DNA of 63,289 nucleotides, filler included, from Intoshia linei (taxonomy: Eukaryota > Animalia > Orthonectida), in assembly GCA_001642005.1 (NCBI GenBank). It is 5 parts of 5 records of this genome, joined end to end, with 100 filler letters (N's around TTAATTAATTAA, not from the genome) between each part and the next. Parts side by side here need not be neighbours in the genome. Positions count along the whole stretch, not along the records: positions 9,946 to 30,761 come from LWCA01000669.1; 4 more parts are not named here. One strand, written 5' to 3'. Positions 12,901-25,975 of this stretch are shown piece after piece; position 1 is the first letter of the stretch; each line of letters begins with the position of its first letter. Below the pieces are notes generated by a model. It saw only the letters and a list, made by a program, of their open reading frames with translations, did no database searches and was not told where the DNA came from. Both the position numbers and the translations under genes were made by a program.

Positions 12901-13976
12901 GAAAAGCTAATGTTTTCACATTATAATTTAAAATTATGTGGCTCTGATGTTAATTAATTAATTTAAGCATTTTTACTATGTTTCTTAGTCGTTTATTTAA
13001 TAGTTCTATAAATGGTTATAATGGTCTAAACGTTTATTCTTGGTTATTTTTTTAATTAAAACAAATAAAATTCACAAAAATAGTATGATTCAAAAGTATT
13101 TGGAATCACATCGAAATCGGAATCATTGAAAACTTAGGAATCGTCGCATCTCTAATAATTATAGAATATGGTATCCACTTTTTTTAATAGAAAGACCCAT
13201 TTTGCACGTAGATATTTTTTTTGATTTTAAGCATTTATCCAAAAAAAATTGAAATCTGTTTATATTTACCCCTCAAATGTAATTAATTCATACAAAAATG
13301 TAAAGATAAATATAAATCATTATTTGGGTTGTTGCTAAGGTTGCAATTCCTTTGACGAGATTACCATGTTTTGTGGACCATTTATTTTGGTCTTTACGAA
13401 ACTTATTTTGAGTTTATATGCATTAATTATGACGAATTCAAACATCATTAAAATGCTTAAATGCACCCATGGGTTTGCTCATAAAAAAACACATCAAAAG
13501 TGGACACCTTATTGTAAAATGTAAATTTAATGGTATAATATTAATAGTATCATTCATTAGAGAGAGTTTTTGATATATTTTATACCATGTTCAGTGCACA
13601 CTGTTTACAACCTTTTTGAGAATTTTAAAACTACAAATTTTAAAATTTTTGAAAAAATCCCATTATTGAAAATTAAACCAAATTAAGGTAATTTATTAAC
13701 CGGTTGTCCGGATTTAACTTTTTTATAAATATTTTAAATTTGGTCCAATTTTCGTTATTTTACGATTGTAAAATAAATAAAATTTTAAATTCAAATCTAC
13801 TTTTAATCATTATTGGTAATGCTTTTAACTCTGATTTTCTTTGTTTTCAGATTAATATTATTTGATCATTTTATCACAAAATTGAATTTTTATTGAAGAG
13901 AAAATTTTTTAACAACTGTATAATTATAATTTAAACCGAGTAATGTTATTATCTAATTTATTATTTTTAATTTTAG

Positions 13977-14942
13977 GTTGTTGGAAAATTAATTAATCAC
14001 ATTTTATGCCTGGAAAACATTTGTGATAAAATTATGAATTTGATGGAGTCTGATATACCTGTTACCGTTTTTAAAGACACCAAGTATTTTTTTATTTTTT
14101 TCTGTACTTGGCTTTGTATTGATATTATACAATATTGTTAATAATAATATAATGATAATATGGTAGAGTAGTGGTTCACATAGCTGAGCCTACCCAGCTC
14201 GAGGCTAACCGAAAATGAAAAATAAGACCTAAAATTTTTTTCACAAATTATGAATAGTGTCATATAGCCCGAACGACTAAGACTGTTGACTTGATATTTT
14301 AAATGTTGCACACAAAACAGTTATGATATAAGAATATAATTTTTTGAATGCTCAATTTGAAAAATGAGGCCCCATTTATAAAAATATCGTCAAGACACTC
14401 GAAGAGGAGCAAAGGTTCGGTAGGTTCGCAATTAATTTTCATCAACAAAAATGATCGACCCACCAATCAGCTTGATTTAAAATTAATTTAATTGGACCAG
14501 TTTAAAATTGGAATTTTCTTTACAAATATGGTTAAAAATTTAAAAATAACAATATTGTGCAAAGGCGTTTTAATCGTCTTAAAAATGAAGTGTTTTACTG
14601 TTTTTTATTTTTTAAATTTTAATTGAATCTATTTAGAATTTTAATAGTGTTGACTAATGCAGATGAAGATAATATCATTGAAATTAATCTAGATATGGAA
14701 TTTTTGTTATATTTAAATTTTCCAATTAAAAACAACCAGCAATATGTTACTTTAAAAAGCGCCTACCCTACGAAAAATATAAAAATGTAATTAAAACTAA
14801 AATTTAGTCTAAAATAATTATATAATCTTTTTAATTTAGAGTAGAATCATTTATTGTTAATACCCTCAATAGCTTGACCCTCGAAGAAATTGTTCAATTT
14901 AACTTCTTGAAATTTAGTAAAGACATTAGTTGTATTTTTTAA
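13977..14942 (+). CDS. Unknown protein, last three exons
   Basis: Exons ~13977-14083, 14637-14786, 14840-14942 splice in frame at GT-AG (VVGKLINHILCLE.../ILIVLTNADEDN.../VESFIVNTL...SCIF*). Confidence 0.55.
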
Positions 14943-14963
14943 TTAAATATAAAGATAATTGAA

Positions 14964-15662
14964 TTAGACTAATGAAGAGATAACTTTAATGGCTTGATTA
15001 GCGATCGTAGACAATAACATAATATCCATCATGTATACTTGTACCACTTGAGAAAACAGTAACATGAATCCTGAAGCTTGAATAGTAAAAAGCAGTGATG
15101 GGCAATAACAGTTGCTTAATATTCCTTGAAAGTACAATATTCTAATAAATATATAATTATTAATTAATATGGAAGTTTATTAAATTACCTGACACCAAAC
15201 AAAACTGCTTCAAACACCCACAAAAAATTGAGAAAGCATGCCGATCCATGTGTTGAAGCTAATAATAATGCTCCTAAATGAGGCATATTCCACATCAACA
15301 TGACCGTGTGGTATTTCCAAGCTTTTTCCTCCTTTTTTTGCCAGAACCCATAAAAACTAGCTATGAAAATATGATTAATATAATGATATTGTATTACCTA
15401 AAGCATGTGGTAATCCAACAAAAGGTATTGTCCTTATGATAAATCTTAATTTTGCTGTAAAATCGACTAGTTCACTTTCAGGAGTTGCACAATAAAATAA
15501 TTTCATCATAATTTTGGTAAAAACCAAAACTATGAAAAGATAAAACCACCCCGACGTCGTTGCAAAGTTGACTACACGTTGTAGTACGGGATATTCATTA
15601 CGCTGTTGCATTTTGGGCTATGTGAATGGTAAGTTAAAAATTATTATAATTACATTCGCCAT
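14964..15662 (-). CDS. MAPEG-superfamily-like multi-pass membrane protein
   Basis: Four short-intron exons give ...KAWKYHTVMLMWNMPHLGALLLAS...VLFGVRILYFQG..., resembling the MAPEG R-x-x-Y-x-x-G helix; frame stays open upstream to an acceptor near 15824. Confidence 0.5.
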
Positions 15663-15940
15663 ATATTCAAATCCTTTGTCAAGTTTTAATGCTTGTATTA
15701 AATCTTTTGTTTCAATTTTTTCGTCAGTTAATTTGTTGAATTTGCTTTTTGTTTTATTGTAGAAACAACTAAAATAACTACGTGCTTTTTTAAAGTTTTC
15801 TAATTTTGCCAGATTGCTGCGACTGAAATGAATATATATAGATCACTTGCACTGAAATAACGTCGTAGAAAAAAATTTTATTCAAATTGACAGTAGTTAC
15901 AAAATGGTCAGTGATGTATTGACCCAAAAATATACAAAAT

Positions 15941-16596
15941 TTATTCACAAATAGAAGTCATTTCTCGCATTAGCTTTATAGTCTTTACAATTTTTGCGCT
16001 GTCTAAACACGTATAATCAATTAATTAAAATTAAAAATTCAATACCAAAATCTGAATTCGTGGCCTCATTAAAATTATCCAGAATTTGAGTGCATTTTAT
16101 TTGATTATTGGATTGCGCCTGACCGATTACTTCAATTATTCCTTCCAGTTCCATTTCCTTCTATCAGTTTTTAGAATAATAGTTCACAACTTTATTTACC
16201 GGATTTTCCATTATTACTGTAACTAAAACATCGTCCAATGTTGTAAATTTAAAGCTCATATCACTGCTAGTCAACTAAAATGTACCAATTATCCATTTTT
16301 GTTAATTTTCATCTACGTTTCTCAATCTCGAATATTTTTCAATATTAATTTTATTTGTAGTAATTAAATATTAGACTACGTACATTTAGCGCATTAATTT
16401 ATAGATATTTTTTTAATTTATAATCTTTGAATGGAAAAGTGAAAATACATTTTTGAAAGTTTCATTTCACAATAATGATATTAATTGTCAGAGTTTGAAT
16501 AACTTAAAATAAAATAACCGTAGTTTTCTGCACAGTTCCAATAAGAGTAACATTTTTGTGTAAAAAATCGTTCAAGTCGGCACCGTTTATTCGCAT
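15941..16596 (-). CDS. RPA3: Replication protein A 14 kDa subunit, 4 exons
   Basis: MRINGADLNDFLHKNVTLIGTV/...FTTLDDVLVTVIMENP/...LEGIIEVIGQA...SDF/DSAKIVKTIKLM, the RPA3 OB-fold pattern. Confidence 0.85.
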
Positions 16597-17823
16597 TTTT
16601 AAATTTTGGACAATCAAGTTATTTTAGCGATAATAGTTATGACAAATAATTTTTGAAATAATTTTAAATAACACTTATCAAAATAAATAATGCGAGTGTT
16701 TTCGGTTTGAATGATAGATTCTAAAATTTATTGAGATTATTTTTATGTATATGCTTTTTATTATAATTTTTACGTTTACCACGTTCGTACACCAATGTTA
16801 CCATTATCCGTGCCTTTTTCAACTTAAACATTACAAATTGTCTGGAAACAGAATAGAATATGAGATGAACGCTTTTTTCAACGCTGAAATGAATCGAATC
16901 ATATTGTAAAGTAGTTCAGGGTCAAGATAGAATCTCAGGCCTTTTTATCATTTCTTTTGAAAAAGATGTATCAAATCTCATGCAAGCTATTTATATATAC
17001 GTTTTGTCGATTTATTTAAAAAATGCCCTTTTTATTTATTTTTAAAATCTTAAAATTATCTTTCATATGATATTAATTTTTTCTGGATGTACAACAAAAA
17101 GTGAATTTTAATATTATGTATTTTAAATTAAAGATAATCGACTGTATAATTAATAATTGCTCTTTTATAGATATTTCTTTATTTATCTCACTTGATATTA
17201 TGATTGGAATATATAGAAAATTTGAAAACCACTTCTATAAAGTATACTTGAAAGATCACTTGTATTTGAAATGAATTTAATATGTTTCATTCCTGTAATT
17301 AAATTTTTTGACCAATTAGAAATAGAATATTGTATTTAATCCATTTAGACCGGAATCATTTTTTTCGATGAATCATAACGAAATTTTTTTTGGTCGATAT
17401 ATATTGTCGCAAACCCTCATATTTTGATTTTATGTAAATCTGCCTTCCTGAAATTTAGATATGTTACATTAAGTTATTCTCCTTCTAATGAACTATACGA
17501 CATTATTTATCCAAGTAAGATTAAGAATAGATATAAAAATATGTAAAAAAGTCACATTTGTTAATTACATTTGTATATAATAATTAATAATTTATAAATG
17601 ACTATTTATTTCCTCAAAAATATGTGCAAAATTGATGTCACTAAAATAACTTTTTCATAATTTGCATAGCAATACTGACCCCTTCAGATTGGACATAGAA
17701 AACTAAAATACAAAGAAGCGAAAATATCATTAATAACATAAATGTACATTGTACATGAAATTTTATTATGAATACATTATTTAGATAAATTAGAAATGAT
17801 CCATAAATAATCTCCCATCATTC

Positions 17824-17975
17824 TTAGGGTTTTTTTCGTTTATATCTCGTATTTAATTGTTGATTAAATCTTTCACCATGTTCATCAGAGAATGCACCAC
17901 AGTTTAAAGGGAAAACACTTGAATGGCACATTATGAGGTGTACTATATAGCTTAAAAGAACACCCATTTGTTCAA
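17824..17975 (-). mobile_element. Degenerate DNA-transposase C-terminal fragment (Chapaev3/CMC-like)
   Basis: VFPLNCGAFSDEHGERFNQQL..RY matches the conserved FFPENxGAVSDEHGERFHQ motif; family name from recall. Confidence 0.55.
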
Positions 17976-18765
17976 ATATATTTAATATTATAATTATATA
18001 ATATTTAAATTTTTTCATTTGATATGTTATATTTTAGATCGATGTCGTTTATAAAAATAAAAAAATATAAGAATAAATCCTAACTTATATAATATGCTAC
18101 CCAATTTTTGTTTGTCTGTGTGTTCAGCTTTATTTAAATAACTACCCGTCTTAGAATTTTATAAAGTCCACATTTCAATTACAGTTTTTTCCATAAATAA
18201 AAAAAAAAATTTTTGATGAAGATAAAAAGAAAAACTAAAACTATTAAAAAAAGTATTCTAAATATTGAAATTAATCCTCAAATTTTTGTTGAAAATAGTT
18301 CCACAAACGCCAAAACCTATCAGTTTACAAACCACTTAATCGTCGAATCTCGGATGTTAGAAATTAGAAAAGAACGAACTTACATTCAATACACAACAAC
18401 AATAAAAAGTTTCTAATTAAAATGAAAAAATAATAACAGACGATTACTTAACCCTTTCACAATAAGAAAACGAAATAAACAACTATGAATAGCGCATGAT
18501 TTCAATAATAATGGATATAAGATTTGTATTTGTCAATTTAGTTTTTCTAGTTATATTGTGTCCAAATTTTTAGTATGTATAATTAATAAAGTTTAAGGTT
18601 GATTTGTTTTTGGAGCCAAGTAATTGTATCATTTTACATTTATTTTGACATATTTCCAACATTGTTTTACTTTCACTCTCAAAGTCTATTTTATCTAAAT
18701 TAATTTCATTCGATTGAATATACCATTCAATAATATTATATTTTACATTTTATTGAAAATTTATT

Positions 18766-21700
18766 ATGAAAATTTATATATTTTTTTTAATTTGGCAATT
18801 TGTGGGTATATTTTATTTTACATAAAAAATAAAAAAAATTGAAATTATTTAAATAGCCAGTCGGAATCGAGAAGAAGAACTTATTAAAGTATTATTGAAA
18901 GATCATAATAGTGAAATTCGACCACTGAAGGACCCTGACAGGAATGTTACTGTGAAGTTTGGCATGACTTTGATTGAAATCATTCAACTCGTAAAATTTA
19001 ATAATATTTTTAGTTTTGATGATAGGATTCAATTTTTTTTAACATTTAAGTATATTGATCATAATTCCCTGACCTGAAAATATTCATTTCTAGTAAACAA
19101 CTAAGCTCCTCTATAATTAAAATATTCGAGAATATATGTAAATATGACTACAATATAACTGTATATAAATTATGCTACTAGTAAGTAATTCTATCATAAT
19201 ATTAACATCTACTAAATCGGTAATTCAAATTATAATGTACGGATGATAAGAAATGAAGATGACCACTGATAGGCGTGATGAAATAGTTAGACATAAATCT
19301 AAAGTTTAATTCCGATCAATACGCTGGTAACACATACTAGATACATATTTATTTTTCATTTACATCTCAAAACAACAAGAAATGTAGTTTTGATAAAAAT
19401 TACTGTTTATTTAATAATAGAATGAAATACAACAACATATCAGTATGAATGCATGGTTCAGTATGGTATATTGTGGAATTTAAAATCTTGATAATATTAT
19501 AGTCTTGGAAAAATGATTATATGATTTGGAATAAAGATACATGGAATATTACCAATTTGAATATGCCAATAAGCAACTTTTGGATTCCAGACATTTACTT
19601 ATATAATAAGTAGGTTTTATATCAATTAAAATATTTTTATATACTTTTTCATTTACTATTTTTTTTTGAAAAACAAAACAAAAATCTTATTTACAATATA
19701 GAAATAAAATTATATATAATATCTTAGGGAGTTAATTATAACTAGAGTTGATAGGCAGATAAATATTTTTAGAAATGAACCGATTAATTTTCTATATTTC
19801 TAGAATATCACTAAAAATAAGTAAACATAAGATTTTCCTAATATATCAATAGTCAATTAAAAATGTGTTTATTTCTGTATTCTGAACTCACGAGGATAAA
19901 TAAAATAGATTGTATAGAATGTTAGTAATAATATAATTTAAAACATGAACAATGTTCATTGAACATTGTAGCATCCCTTGATTCATGTTATTTTTGAAAG
20001 TTCGTTAAATTGTTATTTATTTGAAATCACAATGAATAGTAAATCAATGGTCCTCAAACTGCGGCGCTGGATTTTTAAAATAAATATAAATACATTTTTC
20101 ATTTTTAAATTTTAGTGCAGAATCAAATCAACTTGGAACTAAAATATATCACAGATCAAATGCTGTCGTTCATTTTGATGGGACTATTATGTGGTAATTT
20201 TATTTTTGATATAAATAAGCTTTCAAATATTTACTAACAATCAGTGGCGACTCGTCATAGAGCGCTGTAGCCCCTTCAGAATTTTTACCAATTAAAAAAA
20301 AAATTATTTATAAAGTCCACATGAACCCGTTGATAAGGTTTTGTGTATATTACTTCGTCATGTATTATCCAAAAACTAATAATAACAAGAAATATAACCA
20401 TTTAATGGTTTTTATTTAAAAAAATTAAATTCCGTTAATAAGGACTTTGACTGTATTAAAATATCAACATTGGCGAAGTAACGACTCAATAAAGAGAACA
20501 TTATTACTTACAAATTTAATTATATTAATATTCAAATACAAAACACCCCGACGTCGTTGAAAAGTTGACCACACGTTGCAGTAGGGATATTCATTACGCT
20601 GTTGCATTTTGGGCTATATGAATGGTAAGTTAAAAATTATTATTATAATACATTTGCCATATATTCGAATCCTTTGTCAAGTTTCAATGTTTGTTAAATC
20701 TTGTTTTAATTTTTTCGTCAGTTAATTTGGTTAATTTGGTTAATTTGCTTTGTTTTATTGTAGAAATGAGTCATTTTCAAATGACTAAAATAACTATTAT
20801 AAAATAATGTACGTGCGTTTTTAAAGTTTTTTAATTTTTCCAGATTGAAATGAATATATATGTCGTATAGAATGTGGAAAACTGAAATGTACACATTCTA
20901 CAACTTGCCCATAGAATGTGTACATTTCATGGATAAGTCGTAAAATTTTAAGATTTTTTTTTAAACGAAACTTTTAAGGGGAGTTTTTAGGAAATTTTTT
21001 TGAGCCAAACTATCAAGGGGGGTTTTTAGGAAATTTTTTTTGAACCAATTTGCAAATCGCCTGTAACATATACATTCTACGACTTGTTCGTGGAATGTGT
21101 ACATTTCACAGTTGTACAGATTCTATGTAACATATATAGATCAATTGCACTCAAATAACGTCGTAGAAAAAAATTTCATTCAAATTTACAGTAGTTACAA
21201 AATGGTCAGTGATCTATTGACCCCAAAATATACAAAATTTATTTCTCGCATTATCATTATAATTTTTTCAATGTTTGAGTCGTCTAAACACGTATAATCA
21301 ATTAATTAAAATAAAAAATTCAATACAAAAATATGAAATCGTGGCCTCATCAAAATTATCCAAAATTTGAGTGCATTTTATTTGACTATTGGATTGGCCT
21401 GACCGATTACTTCAATTATTTCTTCCAGTTCCATTTCCTTCTATCAGTTTTTAGAGTAATAGTTTACAACTTTATTTACCGGATTTTCCATCATTACTGT
21501 ATCCAAAACATCGTCCAATGTTGTAATTTTAAAGCTCATATTACTGCTAGTCAAGTAAAATGTACCAATTATTCATTTTTGTTAATTTTCATCTACGTTT
21601 CTCAATCTCGAATATTTTTCAATGCGCCTTTCATCTGCGCCTTTTTAAACTTAAACGTTACAAAATGTCAAAATGAAACAGAATAGACACTTTGACCCTA

Positions 21701-24700
21701 ATTTATTACAGGCATAATGTATGTGAAAAGTTTTTTAGTTTAGGTTGAAGTAAATTAACGAATTAAACGTTGTATATCGTTCTCCAGAGATGAACAACGC
21801 TTTTTTCAACGTTAAAATAAATCGAATCATATTGTAGAGTCGTCCAGGGCAAGATCGAATATCAGGCCTTTTCTATCATTTCTTTTGAAAAAAGTATTGT
21901 ATCAAATCTCATTCAGGCTATTTATATATACGTTTTGTCGATTTATTCAAAAATTCTCTTTAGATTGTTGTAATGATATATTTCATTCTTAAAATCTCAA
22001 AATTATCTTTCATATGATATTAATTTTGTCGGGTGCACAACAAAAAGTTGGAAATTGTCCATTAGTGTAATTTCCGTTAATATATTAATTTTATATAATG
22101 TATTAATATATATTAATATTAATATTGAAATCTATCAAAAGTGAATGGCAATGATGATTTATTAAATATATAAAATTAAAGCAAAAAATGCAAAAAAATA
22201 TTTGTTGGATTAAAATCAATGGTACGACTATTTTTTGGACACACTAATTTAAGTTATGAGTGCGTTTCCATATATAGTAACCGTAGTCATTAATAACCAT
22301 AATAATGATGTAATAATAAATATAATACCTCATTATTAATAATTAATGAATTATTAATTAGTCATTATATACTGAATATAAAACTAAGCTCTCGATACGC
22401 CATTCATTTTGAAATAACAAGTGGCGGTATTCTAATAAATGCAGAAAATGATTGTAAAGTGAAATCATTTGGTAGTGATTCCACACACACTTTAATATAA
22501 CATAAAAAAATTGGAATTTTTTAAATGATAAATCTTTACGCCAGTATTTTCAGTTTATCAATTTGTATCTAGAAACATACAAAAACAGTTAGTGAGCCAT
22601 ATAAGATAACTTGATAACATTTTGAGTAGCGAATTGACTTTTAACATAGAGTAATATAATTATTTACGCTTCTCTATAAATCGAAACAGCTCAACAATAA
22701 ATAAATTTAAAATAAATTTTATTTAGGGTACCAACAAGCATCGTAAAAGCAACATGTAAGTATTGCATTCTGCCCATTCTTTGTCACGATAGTTTGATAC
22801 ATCATAATGTAACCAGAATGGAATTATGGTCAATCTAATAAACATTCAAATTTATGATAGAGAATGGGAAATTAAAAATATTATAATTATAGTATTTTTA
22901 TCATTTATAATAACAAGTCATAATTAGGTAAAATGAATTTGGAAAATTTGTAATTGGATCAATATGAATTAATTAATTTTATAATATCAATTTAGCCCAT
23001 TTGATACTCAGATGTGTGAACTAAAATTTGGTTCATGGACGTACAGTTCAAATCAATTAGATTTACAGATATCAGACTCATTAGCTATAATGCACAATTA
23101 CGTAGATAATCGATATTGGGATATTTCTGGTAATCTGTTATACAATGTATATTAGACATTTAATATATTATCTAATTAATCTCTCAAATTGTCATCATAT
23201 TTTATTTATTAAATTTAGTTATTATAACTATACAATTAAAAAAAACTAAAATAAGTTTTTTTAATAAAAAAAGGGAAACCCTAATTAGGATGTAATTTAT
23301 AAATGTCTAATAAATGTATACTTTATTGTGCCTTTAACTATATAATTTTTTTAAGATGTAAATTAATTTTATTTACATTTACATGTTAATTTTATGTTTT
23401 ATACTTTTTAAATTATAGAATATCGTGTGAATCGAAATGAAAAAAAATACGGTAATTAGTAAAATATATATGACGTCTCACAGTGTCAAACCGATCAGAA
23501 TTTTAGGTTCCAATGTAGTTAGATGTATAAACTATATATAGAGCGAAATATAATAATTTTAATATTTTTTTAATAGTTGATTCACAATTAATAAATAAAT
23601 AAAAAATTGTATTTAAAAAATTTTTCGATGCATGGTGTGGTCAATTTAATTCGTTCTCATAGTTATGTCGAAATGATAATTTCTTACAACAATTATTTTT
23701 ATTAACAATTTTATTGATATGCTTAATGTTTTATTTATCTAAATTTTCATCAAATACATACAATATTATAATACACAGTATATCTTTTTTTCACCATTTA
23801 AACCAAACAGAAAAATCCACCATACATTCATGAATTTTTATATCTAATAATATGCTAATTAACACATTGGAACTAACGTTAATGGAAATTATCATATAAA
23901 CAATATACTAATATATAAAAAATATAGCATGTTGTAAAGAAATTTATGTGGATGTGACATTTTCGTAAGTATTATTAATATTATTTACATAAGTTAATGT
24001 TAAAAATTATACATTTAATGATAGATTTGAATTGAAACGGAAATTTCAATATTACTATTTAAATATGATTCTGTTTTCATTATTAATATTCATGATGTTT
24101 GTGTTTGGATATACGATACCTTTGCAAACAACAGCGATAATCTCATTTAATATAATGTTTATTTTGTTAATATCCTTATTTTATTTGACAATTTCAATAT
24201 ATTCACCAAATTTGCTTATCTATACGACTATTATATGTATATTGTTATTGGTGGAAAGAATAATTTAATTTAGATAAAATTAATAACTTTTCGATAGTAT
24301 TATTCATTATGTATTTGTTATCGAGTTGTATGATGTTAAATGCTATAAACAATGGAAAATTACAAATTGCATTTCCTAATAGATATAGACATTTATTTTT
24401 CTGTGTATTGGCCAAGCGTCTGAAATATTTCAATGAATTGAATCACATTGAAATGGTACAATCCATTTTTAAATTTAACAACTGTTTAGCACCTTAATAT
24501 GTTTATGAAAAGCGGGAAAATGCATAATGAAAAACTCGAAAAATGTGAAGATGTAACCGGTAAATATTTTAGTTATTACTTTAATTAAATTAAAGATGAT
24601 TTGTTATGCAAAATTGATGATCAAATTACTTTTACTACGATTCGAAATGGCAGTACCAAGGTTAAAAAATTGTCAAATATTCAGATTAGTTGTAATATCT

Positions 24701-24930
24701 GCAGTAATAGCATCATGTCATCGAAAAATATTTTTGATTTTTACAATTTCTGTTACAACAAGAACACCAAGTATTTATTCACACTTAAAAAGGAAATTAA
24801 TCAACTCGAATGGCAATTATTTACTACTATATTTAACTGTATTTACGGAACAACTACTATTTCCATTGTGTGTCTCATTTACTTGATTATTTTTGCAAAA
24901 TATGTTATTTTCTTGTTTTATTATATTTAA
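18766..24930 (+). CDS. Cys-loop ligand-gated ion channel, nicotinic acetylcholine receptor alpha-type subunit, ~14 exons
   Basis: Signal peptide, IRP, FWIPDILLYNNA, Cys-loop CKMNLENFPFDTQMC, KFGSWTY, loop C YACCKEIY, four hydrophobic segments; all exons join at GT-AG in frame. Confidence 0.9.
20544..22045 (-). pseudogene. Segmental duplicate of ~15546-17100 (MAPEG-like 5' part, RPA3 exons 2-4) inside a receptor intron
   Basis: Collinear high similarity with introns retained; RPA3 exon 1 deleted; MITE inserted at ~20860-21135. Confidence 0.85.
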
Positions 24931-24979
24931 TCATTATTTAATCAAATACACATTATTTAAATCTTGCTTTTTAAGTAAA

Positions 24980-25620
24980 TCCTTACTTATATAATATGCT
25001 TTGCAATATTTGTTTGTCTGTGTGTTACCGTTTATTTCAATAACTACAAGTCTTAGAATTTTATAAAGTCCAGATTTCAATTACAATTTTTTCCGGGAGT
25101 GTTAGAAAAATGAATTTAAACCTCCCAAACTCACATCTTACTCGTCAAAAACCCCAATTATCCTTATTTTTGAAAATCAAACGAGTTGGAGAATCTAAAA
25201 AAATATATACTTTGATACAGATTTTAAAATCATAAATTTAAATTTAAAAAAATATATCTTCAGGACCAAAATCCCAAATTACCCTTTTTTTTAATGAAAA
25301 CAGCCCTAGAATTTAACAAAAAATTACCGGTGGTACAGTTGTATCTTGTTAACACACAAAAAATTTCAATCTGAATAAGTGACGCCTTTATGGTCAAAAA
25401 AGCGTTTTAGTATTCATATATTTTTTTCCGAAATATTTTATTAAAACAAATAATTTGACATAAATAAAGGTCAGAAATTTAAAAAACAAGAATATTCTGA
25501 TAGAGCATATTCCAGTTAATATAAATACAAAATTTCAACCCCAGAAATCTACGCATTCCTGGTGAAAAATAATTTTGAATATATTTTCAACCATTTCGAT
25601 TAAAAAAAATTGAAAATGTA
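24980..25620 (+). mobile_element. Non-autonomous Helitron-like repeat copy (5' part)
   Basis: Starts A|TCcttacttatataatatgct followed by a tgtttgtctgtgtg microsatellite; many copies in window. Confidence 0.65.
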
Positions 25621-25975
25621 AATATTGATCATACAATTTATAAAAAAATGTGCATTGAACGTCTACACATTTCCAATAAAAAAATATGGGCGAAAATCTA
25701 TATATAATTCATTCCTTCGGAATTTTTTTCATTGCTACGCAATTTTTAAATTTCACATTCTCATTTTTAAAACATTTTGTTTAAAATTTAGATTAAAACT
25801 ACAACAACGAATTACTAAAAGTAATACAACATTGTTATTATGATTAATATATATATTACAATCTTTTGCAATATTGGTAAAATTCACCTGAAATATGTTT
25901 ATAAAGTGCTGATTCCGTTAATTATTGATACATAATTGGTATTTTTAAGTTTTTATTAAATTGGTACTGAATATA

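Noticed and set aside
21333-21686. 117-aa plus-strand ORF
   Set aside because: Antisense shadow of the duplicated RPA3 exons
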